DNA of 64,000 nt from Dehalococcoidia bacterium (GTDB taxonomy: Bacteria > Chloroflexota > Dehalococcoidia > UBA2979). Position 1 is the first letter of the stretch. Each line of letters starts with the position of its first letter. Shown one piece after another: positions 1 through 8,726 of the stretch. The stretch lies in the NCBI GenBank assembly GCA_965226785.1, contig CBDDEC010000003.1, positions 899,914-963,913 of the forward strand, in the 5' to 3' direction. Made by a program: the position numbers and the translations under genes. Below the pieces are notes generated by a model. That model searched no databases and was not told the origin of the DNA. It saw only the letters and a list, made by a program, of their open reading frames with translations.

Positions 1-585
1 GAAGTGAGGCACGAGACCATCCGCGAGTGGGAGTTCCGGTTCGCTCCGTTGCTCGCTGAGCAGCTGCGCGCCAAGCGCCGCGGCCGGGCCGGAGTCTCCT
101 GGTACCTCGATGAGACGTACGTCAAGGTCAGCGGGCGCTGGTGCTACCTCTACCGAGCCATCGATCACCGTGGAGATCTCATTGACTCGATGCTGAGCGA
201 GCACCGCGACAAGCATGCTGCGCGGATGTTCCTTCGCCGTCTGCTCGAGGTCGCGGAAGGCAGGCCTCGACGCATCACCACAGACCTGCACCCTGCGTAT
301 CGGCGGGCGATCCGTTGGATCATCGGTCGCAAGGCGTGGCACCGAACGACGCAATACCTCAACAACTACACCGAGCAGAGCCATCGCGCAGTGAAGCAGC
401 GCTACTACCCGATGCTCGGCTTCGGGAGCTTCGAGTCAGCCTCGCGCTTCTGCGCCGCGTTCGATGAGCTGCGACAGTACTTCCGCGTCCGTCGCCGGGG
501 CGAGAGTCATGTCTCACTCGCCGAGCAGCGACGACTCTTCCTCACTCGCTGGCGCTCGCTGATCGGCGAGCTCACGGCGGCGTAG
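1..585 (+). CDS. IS6-family DDE transposase, 5' end outside window
   Basis: WYLDETYVKVSGRWCYLYRAID, ITTD and YLNNYTEQSHRAVKQR motifs typical of IS6/IS240 transposases; close paralog at 30272-31087. Confidence 0.93.
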   Translation, partial: EVRHETIREWEFRFAPLLAEQLRAKRRGRAGVSWYLDETYVKVSGRWCYLYRAIDHRGDLIDSMLSEHRDKHAARMFLRRLLEVAEGRPRRITTDLHPAYRRAIRWIIGRKAWHRTTQYLNNYTEQSHRAVKQRYYPMLGFGSFESASRFCAAFDELRQYFRVRRRGESHVSLAEQRRLFLTRWRSLIGELTAA

Positions 586-659
586 TCACCCCCAACAGCC
601 TTGAACGCGCTTCGCCCTATAATCCGTGGTCTGAGATCTGACAGGGATGATCGGTACGA

Positions 660-875
660 CGCCCAGCCACCACTAGGCGGCGAGCGTTTACGGTGCCGGG
701 TGGGCTCCCGGGCTCGGTCTGACCCCAGATTCTGACTGGCGCTTCGGCTGCTCTCGCTCTGATCTGTCGGCCGCGCCTCCGAGTCCATCTGGCACGCACC
801 GGTCGGGCGAACGTGACCTCATAGGAGCTTGCCTTGGCGGCTCGTCCCTGTCCTGTCCGCCGTCCCGGCACGTGC
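660..875 (+). ncRNA. Predicted IS110 bridge RNA with target-binding and donor-binding loops (ends approximate)
   Basis: Stems 693-700/864-871, 726-730/762-766 and a cUUCGg hairpin at 741-748; loop segments TCTGAC (731-736) and GCTCTG (756-761) match the target; ATAGGAGC (821-828) and TCGTCCCTG (842-850) match the element ends. Confidence 0.8.
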
Positions 876-912
876 GGCCACCCTGCACAGATTGTTCGAT
901 GAAGGGATGACG

Positions 913-1965
913 ATGACCACCATGACAGATGCGACCACGCGCGTCACCGCCGGGGTCGACACGCACCGCGACCAGCACGTGGTCGCCGCGCTCGATGAGC
1001 GGGGCGGCGAGCTCGGGGTGCGGTCGTTCGCGACGACCACGGCCGGCTACCGACAGGCGCTCGCCTGGCTCCGCAGCCTTGGTCCGGTCGAGCGCATCGG
1101 CGTCGAAGGGACGGGCACCTACGGCGCTGGCCTGACCCGCTACCTGCTCGCCGAGGCGGTGGCGGTGGTGGAGGTGAATCGCCCCAACCGCCAGCTGCGA
1201 CGCCGCCACGGTAAGTCCGACCCCGTCGACGCCATCGCCGCCGCTCGCGCTGCGCAGTCAGGGGAGGCCTCGGGTGAGGCGAAGACCCGCAGCGGTGCCG
1301 TGGAGGCGATCCGCGCGCTGCGCACGGCTCGCCGCTCGGCCGGGCATGCACGCACGACGGCCCTCAACCAGATGCGCGCCCTGCTCGTGAGTGGACCGGA
1401 CGACCTCCGGGCCGCACTGCGGGGCAGCACTGTGTTCGAGCTGGTGACGACCGCGGCGCGGTTGCGCCCCGCCGACCCCACGACCGCCGTCGGCGCCACC
1501 AAGCTGGCCCTGCGTGAGCTGGCTCGACGGGTGCAGCGCCTCGAGACAGAGCGCCGCCGCCTCGACACCGTGCTCGAGCAGCTGGTCGCCACCACCGCAC
1601 CCGCCCTGGTGGCCTGCTTCGGCGTGGGCACCGACACCGCCGGCGCTCTGCTCGTCTCCGCCGGCGACAACCCGCAACGCCTCCGCAGCGAGGCGGCGTT
1701 CGCCCATCACTGCGGCGTCGCCCCGATCGACGCCTCGTCGGGGCTGACCATCCGCAAACGACTCAACCGCGGTGGCGACCGCACCGCGAATCAAGCGCTC
1801 TGGCGAATCGTCATGGTCCGCATGGTCCACGACCCCCGCACCCGCCGCTACGTCGAGCGGCGCACGCGCGAGGGCCGCTCCAAGCGCGAGATCATCCGCT
1901 CGCTCAAGCGCTACGTCGCACGGCAGCTCTATCGCCACCTCCCGCGCCCCGAATCGCTCGCTTGA
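913..1965 (+). CDS. IS110-family DEDD recombinase/transposase
   Basis: GVDTH, GVEGTG, KSDPVDA catalytic motifs, DASSG serine loop, LNRGGDRTANQAL; start placed after GAAGGG RBS (901-906). Confidence 0.95.
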   Translation: MTTMTDATTRVTAGVDTHRDQHVVAALDERGGELGVRSFATTTAGYRQALAWLRSLGPVERIGVEGTGTYGAGLTRYLLAEAVAVVEVNRPNRQLRRRHGKSDPVDAIAAARAAQSGEASGEAKTRSGAVEAIRALRTARRSAGHARTTALNQMRALLVSGPDDLRAALRGSTVFELVTTAARLRPADPTTAVGATKLALRELARRVQRLETERRRLDTVLEQLVATTAPALVACFGVGTDTAGALLVSAGDNPQRLRSEAAFAHHCGVAPIDASSGLTIRKRLNRGGDRTANQALWRIVMVRMVHDPRTRRYVERRTREGRSKREIIRSLKRYVARQLYRHLPRPESLA

Positions 1966-1967
1966 CA
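1962..1967 (+). promoter_or_regulatory. -35 box TTGACA at IS110 right end, predicted to form a promoter on circularisation
   Basis: Consensus TTGACA overlapping the stop codon; in the rejoined circle it lies 18 nt upstream of GATGAT from the left end. Confidence 0.6.
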
Positions 1968-2092
1968 GGCGATAGGAGCATCAGAGCCCACTCGCGGTAG
2001 TCCTCTTCCGGCACTTCTAATTGGGCCTACACAGAAGACGTCGCGGTGCTCAATATTGAACAGCCTCGATACCCGAAACGAGGACAACCTAG

Positions 2093-5000
2093 ATGGACCT
2101 GCACAAGCTTCTGATCGCGAATCGCGGTGAAATCTCCATTCGCATCATTCGTGCCGCGGAAGAGCTTGGTATTACGACCGCCGTAGTGTTTTCCGAAGGT
2201 GACGCCGAGTCGCCGCATGTCCACCGAGCCGATGAGGCGCACGCTCTGACGGGCCGTGGTGCGGCCGCCTACCTCGACATCGCCCAGGTGCTCGCGATCG
2301 CGAAGACGGCCGGTTGCGATGCGATCCATCCAGGATACGGTTTCCTTGCCGAGAGCGCGGAGTTCGCTCGCCGCTGCGCTGAGGAGGGGATCGTCTTCGT
2401 GGGTCCCTCGGTCGACACGCTTGACCTGCTCGGCGACAAATCCCGCGCGAGGGGCCTCGCGCAGGACCAGAGTGTCCCAGTCCTGCCGGGGAGCCCAGGG
2501 CCGGTGACGGCTGAGGGCGCGCGCCAGTTCCTGGAGGCCCTAGGCGACGGCGGCGCGATAATGATCAAGGCGATCGCCGGTGGTGGCGGCCGCGGCATGC
2601 GAGTGGTCGAGAGGCTCGACGACCTTGTGAAGGCCCACGCGCGCTGCCAGTCAGAAGCGGACGCTGCGTTCGGCAACGGCGACGTCTTTGTTGAGCAGTA
2701 CCTGCCAAGAGCTCGGCACATCGAAGTCCAGGTCATCGGCGATGGAGGCGGCACTGTGAGCCACATCGGCGAACGAGAGTGCAGCATCCAGAGGCGGCAT
2801 CAGAAGCTCGTCGAGATCGCGCCAAGTCCCAGCCTGAGCTCCGATACTCGAGAAGCAATCTGCGCGGCAGCGGTGCGAATGGCCGAGGCCGTCTCCTACC
2901 TGAGTCTCGGTACGTTCGAGTTCCTCGTGGACACGACGGCGGCGGACCGGTTTGTCTTCATCGAGGCGAATCCCCGGCTCCAGGTCGAGCACACAGTGAC
3001 CGAAGAAGTCACCGGCGTCGACCTGGTGCAGGCACAGCTGCGCCTTAGCCGCGGCGAGACGCTGAGCGACCTGCATCTGGAACAAGGAGCCGTGCCGCTT
3101 GCGCGCGGTTTCGCCATCCAGGCGCGCGTGAACACCGAACAGATGACGCCCGATGGAAACGTCCGTCCCTCAGGCGGCAAGCTGACGACGTTCCAACCGC
3201 CTTCGGGCCCGGGCGTCCGCGTCGACACCTACGCCGTGCCAGGCTATGTGACCAACCCGAACTTTGACTCGCTGCTGGCGAAGGTCATTGTCCACTCACC
3301 GTCGGACGAGTTCAGGGCTGCACGCGGACGCCTGACCCGTGCGCTGAACGAGTTCCAGATCGAGGGCTTAGAAACGAACATCGGGTTCTTGGGCCGTGTG
3401 CTCCAGCACGATGACTTCGCTACGCAGAACGTCTACACGGCGTGGTTGGACGACCACATCGAGCTCCTGGGGACCGTCGACGATGCACCGGAGAGCGCCA
3501 ACGCGCCTGTAAGCCAAGCAGGGGCGGCCATCGACCGCAGGGACCCCTTGGCCTCGCTCGACTTCTTCCGCCAAGGGGAACCGACCCGGATGGGCGACGC
3601 AGCGCCAGTACTGACGGGCCCACCGAACACGGAGCCGATATCGGCGCACCTGCAGGCCACGGTCACGGAGATCCTCATCGAAGAGGGCGATGTGATCCGT
3701 GAGGGCCAACTGCTGTTCGTGTTGAGCGCGCTCAAGATGGAGCACACGGTAGAGGCGGAGTTCGGGGGCCTGGTTCGACATGTGACCGTCAACTCCGGCG
3801 AGACTGTTTACGAGGGACATGCTCTCGCGTTCGTCGAGGTCATGGATGTTGGCGAGGCGATCGAACGCGAAGAGCCCGAGATCGACGTTGATTACATACG
3901 CCCGAGTCTGCAGGCGTTGTTCGACCGGCGCGAGTTTATCCTCGACAAGAATCGCCCCGAGGCGGTGGAGCGTCGCCACAGTCGAGGGCGTCGGACGGTA
4001 CGAGAGAACATCTCCCAGCTCATCGACCCCGGCACCTGGGTCGAGTACGGCCCCCTGACCATCTCCACCCCCCGGAGGGGGCTTTTGTTACACGACTTGA
4101 TCCGCAAGACCCCCGCGGACGGACTCGTCGCAGGAATCGGATCGGTCAACGGAGACCTTTTCGACCCCAAGCGTGCCCGCACGATATTCATCTCCTATGA
4201 CGACACGGTGTATGCCGGTACCCAGGGTGGGCGCGGGCATGACAAGACCGACCGGATGGTGGAACTGGCCGACACGCTCTCGCTTCCGCTGATTTTCCAC
4301 GCGGAAGGAGCCGGTGCCCGTTCCGGGAGCGCCCCAGCCGGGGATCCACAGAACGGTCCGAGCGGTCGTGGCCACCCGGCTACCCGCACGTTCGAGAGGA
4401 TGGCGCAGCTCAGTGGCAAGGTCCCGATGATCGGAGTAACCGCTGGCTGGTGCTATGCAGGGAACGCCGCGATTCTTGGACTGACCGACATCATCATCGC
4501 CACCGAGGACTCGCTGATTGCGATGGGCGCGCCATCAACCATCGAGGGCGGGGGCATGGGGGTGTTCCTACCGGAGGAGATCGGCCCGACGTCAGACACG
4601 GTGCCGGCTGGCACGGTCGACATCCTCGTCAAGGACCAAGACGACGCAATCGAAGCATCGAAGAAGTGTCTCTCCTACTTCCAGGGATCAATCGCATCTT
4701 GGGAGTCCGAGGATCAGCGACGGTTACGCCACATCATTCCCGAGAACCGTCATCGCAGCTTCGACATTCGGGAGTTGATCAGAATCCTCGCCGACAAGGA
4801 TTCGGTTCTGGAGCTGCGACCCGAATTCGGTATCAGCATGGTCACAGCGTTCGTTCGGATCGAAGGCCACCCCTTTGGTCTGACGGCAAACAACAATGCG
4901 TATCTTGGGGGAGCAATCGACAGCCCGGGGTCGGATAAAGTCGCTCGCTTCTGGCAGCTCTGCGACGCCTTCAACATCCCAATCATCACCCTCGTCGACA

Positions 5001-5473
5001 CGCCCGGGATGATGGTAGGACCCGAGGTCGAGAGGACCGCTCTGGTCCGCCACTCCAGTCGCCTCTTCGTCACCGGGGCGAACCTTGAGACTCCTCGGTT
5101 CAGCATTGTCCTCCGGAAGGGCTACGCATTGGGCTCGATTGCGGTCATGACCGGCAGCGGTCGGGCACCCCTCTTCACGGTGACGTGGCCTGAAGGCGAG
5201 TTCGCCGGGATGAACCTCGAGTCCAGCGTGTTGCTGTCGAATCGAGACTCACTCGCGGAGATCAACGACATCGACCAGCGAGCGGCCGAGTACGAGTCGT
5301 TGGTCGATGAAGCCTACGAGCGCAGCGGGGCGCTCAACGCAGGATCGGTCTTCGGAGTCGACGACGTCATCGACCCTCTTGAGACCCGACGCTGGATCGT
5401 AGATGGCTTAAAGTCCGTGCCCGAATCCGAGCCACTCCGCCGTGGACGGCGGACGTTCCTGGACACCTGGTAG
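2093..5473 (+). CDS. Single-chain biotin-dependent acyl-CoA carboxylase (BC-BCCP-CT fusion)
   Basis: LLIANRGEI, HPGYGFLAES, GGGGRGMR, ECSIQRRHQK, RLQVEHTVTE; SALKME biotinyl motif; C-terminal carboxyltransferase (VDTPGMMVGP). Confidence 0.93.
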   Translation: MDLHKLLIANRGEISIRIIRAAEELGITTAVVFSEGDAESPHVHRADEAHALTGRGAAAYLDIAQVLAIAKTAGCDAIHPGYGFLAESAEFARRCAEEGIVFVGPSVDTLDLLGDKSRARGLAQDQSVPVLPGSPGPVTAEGARQFLEALGDGGAIMIKAIAGGGGRGMRVVERLDDLVKAHARCQSEADAAFGNGDVFVEQYLPRARHIEVQVIGDGGGTVSHIGERECSIQRRHQKLVEIAPSPSLSSDTREAICAAAVRMAEAVSYLSLGTFEFLVDTTAADRFVFIEANPRLQVEHTVTEEVTGVDLVQAQLRLSRGETLSDLHLEQGAVPLARGFAIQARVNTEQMTPDGNVRPSGGKLTTFQPPSGPGVRVDTYAVPGYVTNPNFDSLLAKVIVHSPSDEFRAARGRLTRALNEFQIEGLETNIGFLGRVLQHDDFATQNVYTAWLDDHIELLGTVDDAPESANAPVSQAGAAIDRRDPLASLDFFRQGEPTRMGDAAPVLTGPPNTEPISAHLQATVTEILIEEGDVIREGQLLFVLSALKMEHTVEAEFGGLVRHVTVNSGETVYEGHALAFVEVMDVGEAIEREEPEIDVDYIRPSLQALFDRREFILDKNRPEAVERRHSRGRRTVRENISQLIDPGTWVEYGPLTISTPRRGLLLHDLIRKTPADGLVAGIGSVNGDLFDPKRARTIFISYDDTVYAGTQGGRGHDKTDRMVELADTLSLPLIFHAEGAGARSGSAPAGDPQNGPSGRGHPATRTFERMAQLSGKVPMIGVTAGWCYAGNAAILGLTDIIIATEDSLIAMGAPSTIEGGGMGVFLPEEIGPTSDTVPAGTVDILVKDQDDAIEASKKCLSYFQGSIASWESEDQRRLRHIIPENRHRSFDIRELIRILADKDSVLELRPEFGISMVTAFVRIEGHPFGLTANNNAYLGGAIDSPGSDKVARFWQLCDAFNIPIITLVDTPGMMVGPEVERTALVRHSSRLFVTGANLETPRFSIVLRKGYALGSIAVMTGSGRAPLFTVTWPEGEFAGMNLESSVLLSNRDSLAEINDIDQRAAEYESLVDEAYERSGALNAGSVFGVDDVIDPLETRRWIVDGLKSVPESEPLRRGRRTFLDTW

Positions 5474-5572
5474 GCCCCGGTACTGATGACCAGACCGACT
5501 CAGCGAGACGAGTTTCTTGCCCGCCGACGCGGGCTTGACGACCACATCAGCGGTCGGACTAGATCCGGCTCG

Positions 5573-6535
5573 CTAGGCGCCGCGGTGCCGCTGGATCGGC
5601 AGCTCGCGATGGCGCTCACCAGTGGCGTTGAAGACAGCGTTCGAGGCGGCGGCTGCGGTCGGCACGATGCCCGGCTCGCCCGCTCCCGTCGAGGGTGTGT
5701 CGGTTTCGCCAAGTAGGGCTACGTCGATGCGGGGTGCGTCGACGATTCGAGGCATGCGGTAGCGCGCAAGACCCGCGTTCAGGAGGCGGCCCTGCTCGAA
5801 ATCGATCGCCTCGTATAGAGCGTTGCCGATGCCCATCACGATCGCGCCCTCCATCTGGTTGGTCGCGCCGTCCGGGTTCACCACGAGCCCACAGTCCAGC
5901 GCGGCTGAGACGCGGGTGACGCGCACCTCGACTGGCTGGGCGTCGAGCTCGAGGCAGACCGCGGAATAAGAGCCAACGTCGAGCCCGATGGCGACGCCCG
6001 TGCCGGCACTGCCGTCCCAGCCGAAGTCGTCGGCTGCGTGTTCGAGCACGCGGCGGTAGCGCGGCTCCTCGAGATGGCGTAGACGCAGCTCGACGGGGTC
6101 TGCGCCCACGGCCTTCGCGATCTCGTCCATGTGCACTTCGCGCGCGAAGTGGTTAACCGCTCCGCCGAGAGAGCTGTAGGAGCCAGCGGCGAGCGGGCTC
6201 TCAGCGCGGGCGACCGTGACGCGGGCGTGCGGTGTCGCATACGGAGAGACAGAACCGCGTTGCCCGATCGTGGCGCGCTCACCGGCGTGGTAGGCGTCGC
6301 ATGCCACGCCGTCAGCGTGCCGTCGTGTTTGAAACCGCTGCGGATCGTGATGAGCGCAGCCGGGCGGAAGGTTGCCCACGTCGTTTCCTCGGCGCGCGTG
6401 TACGCCACTCGGACCGGCGCCGCGGCCGCACGAGCGAGCCGCGCTGCCTCTTCGGCCGGATCGAAGATCGACTTGCCGCCGAACCCGCCCCCGATGTCGG
6501 GCGTGATCACGCGGACCGCCGCCTCCTCGATCGCG
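5573..6535 (-). pseudogene. Xanthine dehydrogenase/isoquinoline oxidoreductase-type molybdopterin-binding subunit, C-terminal fragment with frameshift
   Basis: IGGGFGGK and YTRAEET in one frame, DCGLVVNPDGATNQMEG and GAGEPG in another; N-terminus missing. Confidence 0.8.
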
Positions 6536-6724
6536 AACGTCGGCGTGGGTCTCGGTACGCCGAGCTGGGGCGCCATGATCTCCGAAGGGCGCGACTTCAT
6601 GACGCGCGCCTGGTGGCTGACCGCGATCCCCGGCGTGGCGATCCTGCTGATCGCGCTGAGCGGGAACCTCGCCGGCGACTGGCTGCGAGACGCGATCGAT
6701 CCGCGGTTGCGCAACGTTCGCTGA
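6536..6724 (+). pseudogene. ABC peptide permease (DppC/OppC-like), C-terminal fragment
   Basis: GVGLGTPSWGAMISEGRDFMTRAWWLTAIPG...GDWLRDAIDPR; no upstream part of the gene. Confidence 0.8.
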
Positions 6725-6877
6725 CGCGGCTGGATCAGCCCACGACCGGTCAATGGGTCGAGCGCGTTGGCGAAAAAAACCATTGGATTAACACATACGC
6801 TTTGAAATCGGTCCCAAATCTGGCTACAATCCGCCGAGACGGACCACACTCCAGGTCCGAACCCGGAGGGGCATTCA

Positions 6878-8650
6878 ATGACCGACCACAGCTATTGGAC
6901 TCGACTCTCTCAACAGCGATTGAGCCGCCGAGGCGCCCTCCGGGGTGCAGCCGTCGGCGCTGCCGGTCTGGCTGGCGCCGCGCTGATCGGCTGCGGCGAT
7001 GACGACGACGACGACGACGACGATGACGACGGTGGAGCTGGAACTCCAGTCGCGACCGCGACCGGCCCTGGCGCGACGGCGACCCCAACAGTCGCCGCCG
7101 AGGACATCAACCGTGAGGGCGAGCTACGCATCGTCCGCAGCGAGGATCGAGGCTCGCTCGACCCGCAGTCGGTCGCTGGAGTCGCCAACTACTTCAGCGC
7201 TTCGTTCTTCTACGGGGGCATCCTGGCCCAGCACCCCGTCGACAGAAGGCCCGTGCCCCACATGGGCTCGTTCGCATGGGCCGATGCGAACGAGACCGTG
7301 ATCATCAGGGTGCATCCTGGGATCATCGATCACGAGGGGTTCCCCTATCTGGCCGAGGATCTCGCCTGGAGCATGCAGCGCAGCGCCGAGAAGGGTGACT
7401 TCGCCGACCGCGATGACTTTACGAGCGCGCGGGCTCAGCTCTGGACGGACCTCGGTGAGCCCGAAGTGGTCGATGACCTGACGATCCGCCTGAAGGTGCT
7501 GTCGCCGAACGTTACTCTGCCTGCAACGACGTTCGGCATAGCGCATGTGACCAGGCGTTACTTCGAGCGCGTCGGCGTTGACCAGGCGGGTCTCGAGCCC
7601 TCCGGGTTCGGGTCGTTCCGCTTCGTGTCTCGTATTCCGGACACGGAGACCAAAGCCACCCGCTACGACGACTACTTCTGGGACAACACGAACGCGTACG
7701 GCCCGTGGAAGACGACGTTCAAAGATATGACCATGCTGATTCGGCCCGAGCCGATTTCTCAGGTCGCCGCGCTGCAGGCGGGCGAGGCGGACTTCGTGCC
7801 CGAGATGGAAGTGGAACTTGCGACGAGCGAGTTCGGGGACGACGACGACTTCGAGGTTGTCTTCGTCAACCGCGGATTGGGCCACGCCATCCAGATGAAC
7901 ACGCAGGTGGCGACCGTTCCGGACACGGGAGAGGTCAACCCCTTCCTCGACGAGCGGGTGCGCGCGGCGGCGAACCTGGCGATTGACCGACAGGGCTACA
8001 TCGACGCGCTACTCACCGGCAAGGAGGGGCTGCTGAGGGGGCTGTCCTCGCTCTCCGGTGGCTTCCCGGCAGGCGAGATCGAGCAGTTCGACCCCGGGTT
8101 CGACCTCGAGAAGGCGAAGGCGCTGATGGTCGAGGCGGGCTACGCGGAAGGCTTCGATGTCCCGCTCTACCACGGCACCGGTTACTTCTCGCAGTCCGAC
8201 GAGATCGTGCAGATCGTCCAGCAGTCGCTGGAGAAGATTGGAATCCGTGCCGAGATCCTGTCGATGCCGTTTGCGGACGAGCTGCCGATCATCCGCGACA
8301 AGACCGTGTGGGGCCTCTTCTACTTCGGGTCCTCTCCCACGGCCGACGTGGAGGGCAACGCGCTTGCCTTCTGGGGCGACGAGGGGTTCTACAACCAATC
8401 GGCCATCCCCGGCTCGAAGCTGGACGAGCTGACGCAGGCGCAGAAGAGCGCGTTCGACCCGGAGGAGCGGGCCGAGATCCTCAAGGAGGCGTGGATCCTG
8501 CACTACACGCAGCAAGGCTGGATCTTCCTCCACGAGGAGATTCAGACAGCGGTGTACAGCAGCAAACGGCTACGCTGGGAGCCCGACGGCGGCGAGCACC
8601 GCTTGAAGTTCGCTCCGTCGCCGTGGGAGTTCCACGTACTGAACACCTAG
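6878..8650 (+). CDS. ABC transporter substrate-binding protein family 5, Tat lipoprotein
   Basis: SRRGAL twin-arginine motif, LIGC lipobox, SLDP, VRAAANLAIDRQ, AKALMVEAGY. Confidence 0.88.
   Translation: MTDHSYWTRLSQQRLSRRGALRGAAVGAAGLAGAALIGCGDDDDDDDDDDDGGAGTPVATATGPGATATPTVAAEDINREGELRIVRSEDRGSLDPQSVAGVANYFSASFFYGGILAQHPVDRRPVPHMGSFAWADANETVIIRVHPGIIDHEGFPYLAEDLAWSMQRSAEKGDFADRDDFTSARAQLWTDLGEPEVVDDLTIRLKVLSPNVTLPATTFGIAHVTRRYFERVGVDQAGLEPSGFGSFRFVSRIPDTETKATRYDDYFWDNTNAYGPWKTTFKDMTMLIRPEPISQVAALQAGEADFVPEMEVELATSEFGDDDDFEVVFVNRGLGHAIQMNTQVATVPDTGEVNPFLDERVRAAANLAIDRQGYIDALLTGKEGLLRGLSSLSGGFPAGEIEQFDPGFDLEKAKALMVEAGYAEGFDVPLYHGTGYFSQSDEIVQIVQQSLEKIGIRAEILSMPFADELPIIRDKTVWGLFYFGSSPTADVEGNALAFWGDEGFYNQSAIPGSKLDELTQAQKSAFDPEERAEILKEAWILHYTQQGWIFLHEEIQTAVYSSKRLRWEPDGGEHRLKFAPSPWEFHVLNT
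6998..7030 (+). repeat. GAY trinucleotide tract encoding an 11-Asp linker
   Basis: GAT(GAC)7GAT(GAC)2 just after the lipobox Cys-Gly. Confidence 0.9.
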
Positions 8651-8726
8651 GCGGGAGCGCTCCCGCCTCGGCGGCGGCGTGATCGCGGCGCCGCCGAGGC
8701 CGCGGATGCGGGCGAACGGCGTGGCG

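Larger units (their letters stand above)
645..1984 (+). mobile_element. IS110-family insertion sequence, copy 1 (CAG core at both junctions: 642-644 and 1982-1984)
   Basis: Near-identical copy at 31157-32496 with the same boundaries; no terminal IRs; long 5' non-coding end; DEDD recombinase. Confidence 0.92.
629..1988. repeat. IS6 right terminal inverted repeat GTCTGAGATCTGACAG|AGCC, split by IS110 insertion (629-644 plus 1985-1988)
   Basis: Rejoined sequence is the reverse complement of GGCTCTGTCAGATCTCAGAC, 19/20 identical to the intact IS6 IR at 30210-30229. Confidence 0.88.

Noticed and set aside
626..644. GTGGTCTGAGATCTGA as part of the IS110 left end
   Set aside because: Shared by both copies, but it matches the intact IS6 IR at 30210-30232, so it is target sequence.
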